This document shows positions 30,529-39,053 of a stretch of DNA of 64,000 nucleotides, one piece after another; position 1 is the stretch's first letter, and each line of letters opens with the position of its first letter. Position numbers and translations under genes: made by a program. The stretch lies in assembly GCA_965227515.1 (NCBI GenBank), contig CBDDFZ010000002.1, forward strand, positions 288,001 through 352,000, read 5' to 3'. The stretch is from Alphaproteobacteria bacterium (GTDB lineage: Bacteria; Pseudomonadota; Alphaproteobacteria; CALKHQ01). The notes under the pieces are model-generated. The model saw only the letters and a list, made by a program, of their open reading frames with translations. It made no database searches and was not told the origin of the DNA.

Positions 30529-31776
30529 ATGGGCACGCCGTGGACGACGTCGCCTAAGCCGGACGCGCCGCCACCGGTGCCGGAGGCCGAGGCGCTGGAT
30601 GCCGCCGAAGGCGACACGCCGCCGCCGGTCCCGCACGACGGCACGCTCGGCAAGCTGGACGACCGGCTGCACAAGAAGCGGCTGGCAAAGGAGGCGGCCG
30701 ACGACGAGGGGCATTCCAACCGGTTCTTCCCTTGCCCGTCATGCGGCGCCGACCTGCGCTTCGACCCCGGCACCGCCGGCATGCGCTGCGGCCATTGCGA
30801 CGAGACCTGCGAGGTGCCTCACATCGACGACGCGGCCGCCCAGGTCGAGAACTGCTACCACTACTATCTGAAGATCGAGGCCAGCGAGCATGGCGCCGGC
30901 GCCATCACCGAGGAAGAGGCGCCCTCGCTGAGCTGCCGCGGCTGCGGTTCCAGCATCGAGTTTCACGAGGACGAGCACTCGCGCATCTGCCCGTTCTGCG
31001 ATGCCGCGATCGTCGGCGACGTGCGCATGCAGCGGCGGATCGTGCCGCAGGGCGTGCTGCCCTTCAAGCTGATGGAGAAGGAGGCGCACGACGCCATGCG
31101 CGCCTGGCTGAAGTCGCGCTGGTTCGCCCCCAACGACATCGCCGACGAGGCGCGCGCCGACCACTTCCACGGCATCTACGTCCCGTTCTGGACCTATGAC
31201 GCCTACACCGAGACCGACTACACCGGCATGCGCGGCACGCGGACCGGCACCGGCAAGAACCGGCGCACGGTGTGGCGCAAGGTCTCCGGCCACGTGAAGG
31301 GCGGCTTCGACGACGTGATCGTCTCCGGGTCGAAGTCGGTATCGGTCGAGTTCAAGGATGCGCTGGCGCCGTGGCCGCTGCGCCATCTGGAGACTTACCA
31401 GACCGAGTTCCTGGCCGGCTTCCGGGCCGAGAACCACATGATCGGGCTCCGCGAAGGTTTCGCCAAGGCCCAGGTCTACATGCGCGCCCTGATCACCGAC
31501 TGGATCAAGAAGGATATCGGCGGCCACCGCCAGCGGGTCACCAGCACCCGCACCAAGTTCTCCAAGGAGACCTTCAAGCACATCCTGGTGCCGGTGTGGA
31601 TCACCCATTACGACTTCGCCGGCAAGACCTACCGCCTGTCGGTCAACGGCCACACGGCGAAGGCCTACGGCCAGCGCCCGTTCTCGATGACAAAGCTGAT
31701 CATCGGCAGTGCGGCCATGCTGCTGGCGGTGGGCGTGCTGGGCTTCATCATCTCCAGCGCACCCTGGGCGGGGTAG
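30529..31776 (+). CDS. Multi-zinc-ribbon protein with C-terminal TM helix
   Basis: CPSC, CGHC, CRGC, CPFC; YVPFWTYD, KHILVPVW, VNGHT; hydrophobic C-terminus. Confidence 0.75.
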   Translation: MGTPWTTSPKPDAPPPVPEAEALDAAEGDTPPPVPHDGTLGKLDDRLHKKRLAKEAADDEGHSNRFFPCPSCGADLRFDPGTAGMRCGHCDETCEVPHIDDAAAQVENCYHYYLKIEASEHGAGAITEEEAPSLSCRGCGSSIEFHEDEHSRICPFCDAAIVGDVRMQRRIVPQGVLPFKLMEKEAHDAMRAWLKSRWFAPNDIADEARADHFHGIYVPFWTYDAYTETDYTGMRGTRTGTGKNRRTVWRKVSGHVKGGFDDVIVSGSKSVSVEFKDALAPWPLRHLETYQTEFLAGFRAENHMIGLREGFAKAQVYMRALITDWIKKDIGGHRQRVTSTRTKFSKETFKHILVPVWITHYDFAGKTYRLSVNGHTAKAYGQRPFSMTKLIIGSAAMLLAVGVLGFIISSAPWAG

Positions 31777-32262
31777 CTAGGACTGACTTACCGCAGCCCT
31801 GCGCCGGGCGAGGCTCTCGGCCGGCCAGTAGTCATCGCGGTCGTAGTAGATGTCGACGGCGGGCACGCCCTCGGGCAGCACCACCCATGGCTGCTTGGAT
31901 GCCGTGAATATGTGGATGTCGGGGGGCAGCAGGTCGGGATCGTCCAGCGTGCCGACGCGCATGAAATGGATCAGGCCGCCGGCGGTGGCATAGTTGCTCC
32001 ACACCGCGATGCGGCATGAGGGGCAGCGCGCGATCTTCTGGCCCTTGCCGCTTTCCGACGGCGTGTCGACCGTCTCGGGCTGTCCGGCCAGCAGTTCGAC
32101 GCGGTCGGCCTCGATGATCGCGTTGAGCGCGAACGAGGCGCCGGTTTCGCGCTGGCACCAGCGGCAGTGGCAGCAATGCACGAACATCGGCGGGGTGAGC
32201 ATGCGGTAGCGGACGGCGCCGCAGTCGCAGCCGCCGTCCGCCGGAAATCCGCTTCCGGGCAT
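31777..32262 (-). CDS. GFA/CENP-V family protein
   Basis: GGCDCGAVRY, CHCRWCQR, RCPSC, VGTLD, HIFTASK. Confidence 0.9.
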   Translation of the reverse strand: MPGSGFPADGGCDCGAVRYRMLTPPMFVHCCHCRWCQRETGASFALNAIIEADRVELLAGQPETVDTPSESGKGQKIARCPSCRIAVWSNYATAGGLIHFMRVGTLDDPDLLPPDIHIFTASKQPWVVLPEGVPAVDIYYDRDDYWPAESLARRRAAVSQS

Positions 32263-32315
32263 AGCGTTAGCTCATCTCCAGCTTCTGCCGAACGGCAACC
32301 ACCCATTCCCCTTGT

Positions 32316-32406
32316 CGTCATGCCCGCACTTGTTGCGGGCATCCACGTCTTGTTGGCCGCTTAAGCGGCCATCTCGTGGATGGTCGGGACAAGCCCGACC
32401 ATGACA
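32316..32406. repeat. CGTC-type REP dimer, family B, copy 2
   Basis: Same two hairpins as 4986-5073, with central palindrome TGGCCGCTTAAGCGGCCA. Confidence 0.85.
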
Positions 32407-32452
32407 ATCCTTGGGATTAATCCTAGCTACTGATGGCACAAATCGATCATCG

Positions 32453-32788
32453 CTAATATAACCTGCCGCCGTTCGGCACCGGCTTGTCGATGCCGACCAG
32501 CGTCACCTCGCCGTCCGCATCGGGAAAGCCGACCACCAGCACTTCGGACATGAACTTGCCGATCTGCTTGGGCGGGAAGTTGACCACGGCGGCGACCTGC
32601 CGGCCGACAAGGTCGTCCAACTGGTAGTTCACCGTGATCTGGGCGGATGTCTTGCGGACGCCGATATCAGGCCCGAAGTCGACGCGCAGCTTGTAGGCCG
32701 GGCGTCGCGCCTCGGGGAACGGGTCGGCGGCAACGATGGTGCCGACCCGGATGTCCACGGCAAGAAAGTCGTCGAAGCTGATGGTCAT
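32453..32788 (-). CDS. csaA: CsaA tRNA-binding/secretion chaperone
   Basis: DIRVGTI, TSAQIT, VVNFPPKQIG, MSEVLV, VPNGGRLY. Confidence 0.9.
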   Translation of the reverse strand: MTISFDDFLAVDIRVGTIVAADPFPEARRPAYKLRVDFGPDIGVRKTSAQITVNYQLDDLVGRQVAAVVNFPPKQIGKFMSEVLVVGFPDADGEVTLVGIDKPVPNGGRLY

Positions 32789-32842
32789 CCGGGCAGTGTG
32801 CCGACCGTGGGTCCGGTCGGCAACGGCTAAGCGTTATCGGTT

Positions 32843-32971
32843 TCAGCTTGCGCTGAAGTCTGCGCCGACCGTCGCCCCCATCCAGCATATTCTCGTTGCG
32901 CGGCCGGGTGCCCAACGGCAGCGCGGATGCGCTGCCGCAGTGGAAACAGCCGAGGGCTGGTGCCGACTTGA
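32843..32971 (-). repeat. Structured repeat family A, diverged copy 3
   Basis: Ends conserved (AAGTCGGCACC...GGCGCAGACTTCAGCGCAAGCTGA on the minus strand); interior replaced and contains a 9-bp hairpin at 32916-32937. Confidence 0.7.
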
Positions 32972-32983
32972 ACGATAAAGCCG

Positions 32984-33406
32984 CTACTTCTTGGCGGCCG
33001 ACTTGATCTCGTCCATCACCTCGTAGAAGCGCTTGTTCAGAACGTCGAACGCTTCCTGGTTGGACTTGGCGACCATCTCGCTGATCTCGCGCATGTTGGA
33101 GACCGAGCGCTCCATCGCGGTCTTGGCCAGCTCCATCTGCTTGGCGGTCTGCGCCTGCGGGCCGGGCTCGGCCATCACTTCGCGGGTCGCGCCCACGGCC
33201 TGCTCGACGGCCTCGCGGACCACTTCGGTCTGGCGCTGGGCGATCGCCTGCAGGCCCTCGGCGGCGAGCTGCTGCGCCTGGGCAAGCGCCTCGAAGTTGC
33301 GGCGCTGGCTCTCGACCAGGGCGCCCATGTCCATGTTCGGCACGTTCATCTGGCCGAACACCTGGGAGAAGTCGAACTCGAACGGATTGTTGGACTTGCG
33401 TGCCAT
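32984..33406 (-). CDS. phaP: Phasin (PHA granule protein)
   Basis: 140 aa; ESQRRNFEALAQAQQLAAEG...KSNQEAFDVLNKR; GGAGG upstream; PhaR-type boxes upstream. Confidence 0.85.
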   Translation of the reverse strand: MARKSNNPFEFDFSQVFGQMNVPNMDMGALVESQRRNFEALAQAQQLAAEGLQAIAQRQTEVVREAVEQAVGATREVMAEPGPQAQTAKQMELAKTAMERSVSNMREISEMVAKSNQEAFDVLNKRFYEVMDEIKSAAKK

Positions 33407-33422
33407 GTGGGGATTCCTCCGT

Positions 33423-33520
33423 TGCACCGCGCTCTCGCGGTTATGTTGCACTGCAACACGGCATATAGCCCCGCCTATTGTGCATTGCAACATCGTTCTG
33501 GCTATTTTTTGTGCAACGCA
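33423..33520. promoter_or_regulatory. Putative PhaR operator array (TGC-N3-GCA boxes)
   Basis: TGTTGCACTGCAACA 33444-33458, TGCATTGCA 33481-33489, TGCAACGCA 33512-33520, partial TGCACCGC at 33423. Confidence 0.7.
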
Positions 33521-33555
33521 GGTGGGAGGCTCAGTGAGTCGGCAGGCAGCGCCTC

Positions 33556-34164
33556 TCAGCCGGTGGCTTCGGCGGCCGGCTGTGCGTCGGCGCCCCGGTT
33601 GGTCAATCCGGCCCAGGTGCCGGCGCGCCGCAGGTTCTTGTCTAGCGCCGCCATGGTGCGGGCCAGATCGGCGGTGTCGTCGCCCAGCCACACCCTGAGC
33701 GTGGCCAGATAGGCGGCGCCGAGCGCGCGGATGCGCACGGCGCCGGCGACGCCCGTCGTGTCGACCCGCGCGGTCTGCAACGCCCAGCGCATGGAGCGGG
33801 TCAGGGCCGCGGCGGTCGCCAATCCGGTCATCGGCATGGTGGCGCCCTCGCGCACCAGCACGCGGATGGCGCCGCGATAGGGTGCCATTGCGTCAAACCG
33901 TCGCATCAGGGTGTCGAACACCAGATCGTGCGGCGTCTCCGACGTGTCGTCGGGTGTCGCGCCTTCAAGCATCGCGACGTCCATCCGGCGGACGAAACCG
34001 GCCAGGATGGCCGGCTTGGACCGGAATGCCTGATAGAGTTTGTCCAGTGTGATGCCGGCTTCGTCAGCAATGTCGGCCAGGTTCAGGCGCCGCCAGCCGC
34101 CCGCCTCGGCCAGTTTCAGGGCCGCGTCGATGACCTTGCCCTCGATGTCGACTTTTCTCGGCAT
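33556..34164 (-). CDS. TetR/AcrR family regulator
   Basis: N-terminal HTH (IADEAG...LYQAFRSK); C-terminal ARTMAALDKNL. Confidence 0.85.
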   Translation of the reverse strand: MPRKVDIEGKVIDAALKLAEAGGWRRLNLADIADEAGITLDKLYQAFRSKPAILAGFVRRMDVAMLEGATPDDTSETPHDLVFDTLMRRFDAMAPYRGAIRVLVREGATMPMTGLATAAALTRSMRWALQTARVDTTGVAGAVRIRALGAAYLATLRVWLGDDTADLARTMAALDKNLRRAGTWAGLTNRGADAQPAAEATG

Positions 34165-34374
34165 GTGGCGATCTCCCTCGTCGGCGGCCCCGCCGGCCTT
34201 GCTCGGATCGGCGGAACCCCTAGATCAAGTCAGGTGTTTTCAGAGCAGCCTGCCGGCCGTTCCCATCATGTGCCGGCACGGTGGCGACGGCGCACGACAC
34301 ACCAAATCGTGCGTCCGATGTGGCCGAATTGCGTCTGGCACCTTCGTGAAAGATTTGGTTAAGAATATGTCTCT

Positions 34375-34390
34375 ACGCCAGATCTGGCGT
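34375..34390. promoter_or_regulatory. Perfect 16-bp palindrome, candidate operator
   Basis: ACGCCAGATCTGGCGT between the divergent tetR and rpoH-like genes. Confidence 0.4.
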
Positions 34391-34490
34391 CAAAGTGCCA
34401 CGGTGCCGATGCCGGCCGGGCCGCGTGAGAGCGACGCGGGTTCCGCCGTTTCGGCCAACCCACGGGTCAACTGATTTCGGGCCAAATGGA

Positions 34491-35432
34491 ATGACGTCCG
34501 ACATTGCTTCGACCGCGACATCGCCCCGACCGGAAAGCGGCCTTGGCGCGCTTGTGACAAGCGCGATCAAGCAACCGTTCCTGTCGCCCGAGGAAGAGCT
34601 GGACCTTGCGAGCCGGGCCCAGAACGGCGACCCGGTGGCGCTGGACCTGTTGATCAAGAGCCACCTGCGGTTCGTCGTTGCCCAGGCCAAGCGCTATGCG
34701 CCGTTCGGAGTGCCGGTCGCCGACCTGGTGCAGGAGGGCTCGATCGCCCTGACCCAGGCGGTGCGCCGGTTCAACCCGGAAGAGGGCGTCCGGCTCGCCA
34801 CCTATGCGCGCCAGTGGGTGCGCAACGCCATGCAGGACTATTCGGTGCGCAACTGGTCGCTGGTTCGCGTCGGCGCCGGTGCGCGGCAGCGTCGCCTGTT
34901 CGTCGCGCTGCGCAAGATGGCGGCCGACCTGCGCGATGGCGCCGATGCGTTGTGGGCCGATGCCCTGAACAGCGAGGCGGTGACCCGGCTGGCGCGGCAG
35001 TTCGAGGTGCCGGCCCGCGAGGTCATGGCCCTGGCGCGTCGCATTGGCCATACCGATCTGGCGCTGTCGCAGCCGGCGGCCGCTGGTGCCTATGAAGACG
35101 CGGACGATGCCGACACCGTGGAAGACACGCTGGCCGACGACCTGCCGACGCCGGAGGACCACGCCGCCGCGCAGTCGGAACATACCTTCCTGCGCGGTGC
35201 CATCGGTGCGGCGCTGGCCAAGCTCGACCCGCGTGAGCGCCTGATCGTCGACCGCCGGCATTTCACCGAGGCAGTGGCCAGCTTCGCGACCATCGGCCGG
35301 GAGTTGGGCCTTTCCAAGGAACGGGTGCGGGTGCTGGAGAAGCGCGCGATGGACAAGCTGCGGGCGCACCTTGAGCCATTGCGCGGCAAGGCGCATGAGC
35401 TGTTTCCCAGTTTCGGCGCCGCCTCCGCCTGA
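34491..35432 (+). CDS. RpoH-like (sigma32 family) sigma factor, divergent paralog
   Basis: SHLRFVV, DLVQEG, RFNPEEGVRLATYA, NWSLVRVG, RpoH-box-like QRRLFVALR, region 4 GLSKERVRVLE. Confidence 0.85.
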   Translation: MTSDIASTATSPRPESGLGALVTSAIKQPFLSPEEELDLASRAQNGDPVALDLLIKSHLRFVVAQAKRYAPFGVPVADLVQEGSIALTQAVRRFNPEEGVRLATYARQWVRNAMQDYSVRNWSLVRVGAGARQRRLFVALRKMAADLRDGADALWADALNSEAVTRLARQFEVPAREVMALARRIGHTDLALSQPAAAGAYEDADDADTVEDTLADDLPTPEDHAAAQSEHTFLRGAIGAALAKLDPRERLIVDRRHFTEAVASFATIGRELGLSKERVRVLEKRAMDKLRAHLEPLRGKAHELFPSFGAASA

Positions 35433-35435
35433 CCC

Positions 35436-35930
35436 TCAATCCTTTCTGATCCGGGCCACCTGGCCGCCGGTCAGCGCGACAAGCTGATCGGGCGTCAGCG
35501 GAAACACCGCGTTCGGGGTGCCGCCCGCGGCCCAGATCTCATCGAACTTTCGCAGGTCCTGGTCGATCAGGGTGATCGGCGGCGTCGCGTGGCCCACCGG
35601 CGGCACACCGCCGATGGCGTATCCGGTGTGCCGGCGCACGAAGTCGGCATCGGCGCGGCCGATTTTCTCGCCGACGATGCGGGCGACCGCTTTCTCGTCG
35701 ACACGGTTCGCGCCGCTGGCGATCACCAGGACTGGCCTGTCAGATGCCTTGGCGCGGAAGATCAGCGACTTGGCGATCTGCGCCACCGTGGTGCCGATGG
35801 CCGCTGCCGCGTCGGCCGACGTGCGCGTGCTGTCGTCGAAGGTGACGATGCGATTGGTGAGCCCGCGTTCGGCGAGTGCGGCCTGGACGCGCGCGGCGGA
35901 CGCCGGCAGCGCCGTATCGTCGTCGCTCAT
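35436..35930 (-). CDS. YbaK/EbsC aminoacyl-tRNA deacylase family protein
   Basis: QIAKSL, TGYAIGGVPPVGH, WAAGG. Confidence 0.9.
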   Translation of the reverse strand: MSDDDTALPASAARVQAALAERGLTNRIVTFDDSTRTSADAAAAIGTTVAQIAKSLIFRAKASDRPVLVIASGANRVDEKAVARIVGEKIGRADADFVRRHTGYAIGGVPPVGHATPPITLIDQDLRKFDEIWAAGGTPNAVFPLTPDQLVALTGGQVARIRKD

Positions 35931-36760
35931 CCGGCAAGCTCGCGCGAGCGCGCGGTTGCGGCGGCCACCGCCTCGCGCATCAGGTCCGGCAGGCCATCGC
36001 CGTCGCGCATCAGCACGTTCAGGGCCGCAGCCGTGGTGCCACCGGGGCTGGTGACGTTGCGGCGCAAGATCTCCGGCGGGTCGTCGGACGCGGTGGCCAG
36101 CGCACCGGCGCCGTCCACCGTCGCCTCGGCCAATTGCAGCGCCAGCTCGGCGGGCAGGCCGGCCTCGATGCCAGCGGCCGTCATCGCCTCGATCAGCAGG
36201 AACACATAGGCCGGGCCGCTGCCGGACACCGCCGTCACCGGGTCCATCAGCGCCTCGTCCTCGACCCATGCCACCTGGCCGACCGCGCCCAGCAGGCGGC
36301 TGGCAATGGCGCGCTGCGGTTCGGACACACGGGGGTTGGCGACCAGCACCGTCATGCCGCGCCCGATGGCGGCCGGCGTGTTCGGCATCGCGCGGATGAT
36401 CGCCGTATCGCTGCCCACCGCCCCGGCCAGCACCGCGATGGTGGTGCCGGCGGCAATCGACAGCACGCAGGCATTGGCGGCGACGGCGGCATAGGCCGGC
36501 GCGACGTCGCCCATCACCTGGGGCTTCACCGCCAGCACGATCATGTCGGGAGGGGCACCATCGCCCAGTCCATCCGCGGAGGGCAGGTGGCGGATGCCGC
36601 GGCCCGCCAAGCCTTCGGTCGCCGGGTTCTCCGGCTCGATCACGCTCACCTGGCGCGGCGGCAGGCCATCGTTCAGCCAGCCCTCGAGCAGGGCCTGGCC
36701 CATCCTGCCATAGCCGACCAGCACCAGGTGGTTCGGCCAGGGCGCCGTGTCGTTAGCCAT
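35927..36760 (-). CDS. proC: Pyrroline-5-carboxylate reductase
   Basis: GYGRMG, LAVKPQ, RAMPNTP, TAVSGSGPAY, VTSPGGTT. Confidence 0.95.
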   Translation of the reverse strand: MANDTAPWPNHLVLVGYGRMGQALLEGWLNDGLPPRQVSVIEPENPATEGLAGRGIRHLPSADGLGDGAPPDMIVLAVKPQVMGDVAPAYAAVAANACVLSIAAGTTIAVLAGAVGSDTAIIRAMPNTPAAIGRGMTVLVANPRVSEPQRAIASRLLGAVGQVAWVEDEALMDPVTAVSGSGPAYVFLLIEAMTAAGIEAGLPAELALQLAEATVDGAGALATASDDPPEILRRNVTSPGGTTAAALNVLMRDGDGLPDLMREAVAAATARSRELAG

Positions 36761-36769
36761 AGATGCGCG

Positions 36770-37273
36770 CTATGCCTCGCCGACGGTTTCCAGCATCGAG
36801 GCCTCGATCGCGCTGGCGGCGGACTTGCCGCCCCAGACCACGAACTGGAACGCCGGGTAGAACCGCTCGCATTCCACCAGCGAGATGTCGATCAGGTCTT
36901 CCATCTGCTCGACGCTGACACCGTTGCCGCCGCGCATCAGTGCGGTGTGGCGATAAAGCACCAGTCCGTCGTCCTCGCCGATATCGAAGTGGCCGACCCA
37001 GAGCTGTTCGTTGACCACCGCCAGCAGCTCGAACACCGCCTGGCGGCGCTGCCGCGGGACCTTCATGTCGAATGCGCAGGAGTAGTGCAGCGCCCCCAGC
37101 TCGATGCTCCAGGCGAAGTAGATCCGGTAGTCGCACCACTGGCCCGAGATCTCGGCGACCAGCTCATCGTCGCCGTTTCGCTGGTGCGCCCAGTCGTTGG
37201 CATGCACCAACTCCTCGGCAAGATCGATCGGGTTCATCAGGGGTTCGGATGAGAATTCGAGCGCGGCCGACAT
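36770..37273 (-). CDS. YbjN domain-containing protein
   Basis: NPID...GQWCDY, NEQLWVGHFD, CERFYPAFQFVVW; usual neighbour of proC in Alphaproteobacteria. Confidence 0.85.
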   Translation of the reverse strand: MSAALEFSSEPLMNPIDLAEELVHANDWAHQRNGDDELVAEISGQWCDYRIYFAWSIELGALHYSCAFDMKVPRQRRQAVFELLAVVNEQLWVGHFDIGEDDGLVLYRHTALMRGGNGVSVEQMEDLIDISLVECERFYPAFQFVVWGGKSAASAIEASMLETVGEA

Positions 37274-37432
37274 GAGGGCAACTCCGTGCTGGCACTCCGA
37301 TTCGCGCAATCTACGAGATATTGTGCGTCGGCGCTATCACGGCACTAGGTCGGACGGCTAAGCGATTGATTCAAGGTCGAGTCGGGGTTGCGCGAATGCA
37401 ACAGTGGGTCAGGCCTTTGTCATAATACACTG

Positions 37433-37524
37433 TGTCATGCTCGGGCTTGACCCGAGCATCCACGAGGATGGCCGCTTGAGCGGCCAAGAAGGCGTGGATG
37501 CCCGCAACAAGTGCGGGCATGACG
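37433..37524. repeat. CGTC-type REP dimer, family B, copy 3 (inverted orientation)
   Basis: ATGCTCGGG-CTTGA-CCCGAGCAT ... TGGCCGCTTGAGCGGCCA ... ATGCCCGCAACAAGTGCGGGCAT-GACG. Confidence 0.85.
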
Positions 37525-37544
37525 AAGATGGAATAAATGCTGCC

Positions 37545-37844
37545 TTAGTAATCCTTCGGCGTTTTCGCGGTGCGGCTGCGGGCGGGCTTCTTCTTCAGGG
37601 CGGCGATTTCCTTCTTCAGCGCCGCGACCTCCTCGGTCAGCCGCTCCTGTTCGGCGCGGGCGTTGGCCGCCATCTCGTGGACCGCGTCCAGCTCCTCGCG
37701 GGTGACCAGGTTCATCTCGCCCATCAGCCGGGCCAGCCGCGCGCGCACCTGGTCGCGCGCCTCCGAGCGCATATCGTTGAGCGTGCCGGCAGCCCCGCCG
37801 GCCAGCCGCGCCAGATCGTCGATGATGCGTCCGTCGCCGCGCAT
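37545..37844 (-). CDS. ubiK: Accessory factor UbiK family protein
   Basis: DDLARL...MNLVTREELDAV and a coiled coil; GGAGG upstream; divergent from the lgt operon. Confidence 0.8.
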   Translation of the reverse strand: MRGDGRIIDDLARLAGGAAGTLNDMRSEARDQVRARLARLMGEMNLVTREELDAVHEMAANARAEQERLTEEVAALKKEIAALKKKPARSRTAKTPKDY

Positions 37845-37981
37845 GATGCCTCCGTGCGTCCGGTCGATGCGTCCTTGCTCGACCGGCAACCTCAATATAT
37901 CACCGGGCGCCACTATATCACCGCGCGAGGCGGCATGACCAACCACCGTTCGATCTCCCCAGCCATGACCACGCGCGCATC

Positions 37982-38959
37982 ATGATCCTGATCACCGGCG
38001 GTGCCGGCTTCATCGGCTCCAACATCGCGGCGGCACTCGACCGCGCCGGGCGGGAGATCGCGATCTGCGACCGGTTGGGCGACGGCGACAAGTGGCGCAA
38101 CATCGCCAAGCGCGTCCTGGCGGCCGTTGTGGCGCCGCCGGACCTGGACCGGTTCCTGGCCGGCCCGCCGGCCGATGTCGATGCGGTGGTCCACATGGGC
38201 GCGATCTCGGCGACCACCGAGACCGACGCCGACCTGATCGTCGCCACCAATCTGACCCTCAGCCAGCGGCTTTGGACGTGGTGTGCCACCCACGAGGTGC
38301 CGCTGATCTATGCGTCATCGGCGGCCACCTATGGCGACGGCGCGGCCGGCTTCGACGACGACGAGCAGCGGCTGCCGGCGCTCAGGCCCCTCAACCCCTA
38401 TGGCTGGTCGAAGCTGGCGTTCGACCGCTTCGTGATGCGCCAGGTGCGCGAGGGGCGGCCGTGCCCGCCGCAATGGGCCGGGCTGAAGTTCTTCAACGTC
38501 TACGGCCCGAACGAGTATCACAAGGGCGGGATGCGCAGCGTGGTGCACCAGGTGCACGGCCGGGTGCGCGGCGGCGGGCCGGCGCGCCTGTTCCGCTCGC
38601 ACCGTCCCGACTTTGCCGACGGCGGCCAGATGCGCGATTTCGTGTTCGTCGACGATTGCGTCGCGGTCGTGCAATGGCTGCTCGATAGCCCCGCCGTCAG
38701 CGGGCTGTTCAACCTGGGCAGCGGCACGGCGCGCAGTTTCCTGGACCTGGCCAACGCCGTTTTTGCCGCGCTGGGCCGACCGCCGGAGATCGAGTTCGTC
38801 GATACGCCGGTGGAAATCCGCGACCGCTACCAGTATTTCACCGAGGCGCCGCTTGGCCGCCTGCGCGCGGCGGGTTACACCGCGCCGACGACGGTATTGG
38901 AGGACGGTGTGGCGCGCTACGTCCGAGACTATCTGGAAGCGGACGACCCCTACGTGTGA
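37982..38959 (+). CDS. hldD: ADP-L-glycero-D-manno-heptose 6-epimerase
   Basis: TGGAGFIGSN, YASSAATYG, PLNPYGWSK, FFNVYGPNEYHKG, YQYFTEA. Confidence 0.92.
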   Translation: MILITGGAGFIGSNIAAALDRAGREIAICDRLGDGDKWRNIAKRVLAAVVAPPDLDRFLAGPPADVDAVVHMGAISATTETDADLIVATNLTLSQRLWTWCATHEVPLIYASSAATYGDGAAGFDDDEQRLPALRPLNPYGWSKLAFDRFVMRQVREGRPCPPQWAGLKFFNVYGPNEYHKGGMRSVVHQVHGRVRGGGPARLFRSHRPDFADGGQMRDFVFVDDCVAVVQWLLDSPAVSGLFNLGSGTARSFLDLANAVFAALGRPPEIEFVDTPVEIRDRYQYFTEAPLGRLRAAGYTAPTTVLEDGVARYVRDYLEADDPYV

Positions 38960-39053
38960 CCGCTGCCGTGTGGGCGGCGGCGACTTTGATATAGTCCGGC
39001 GCGATTCGCCCGGCCCCTAACGCCTTTGGCAAACCAGGACGCGGAACGACTTC

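Noticed and set aside
37311-37325. NrdR-box-like CTACGAGATATTGTG upstream of ybjN
   Set aside because: Single imperfect match and no ribonucleotide reductase gene nearby
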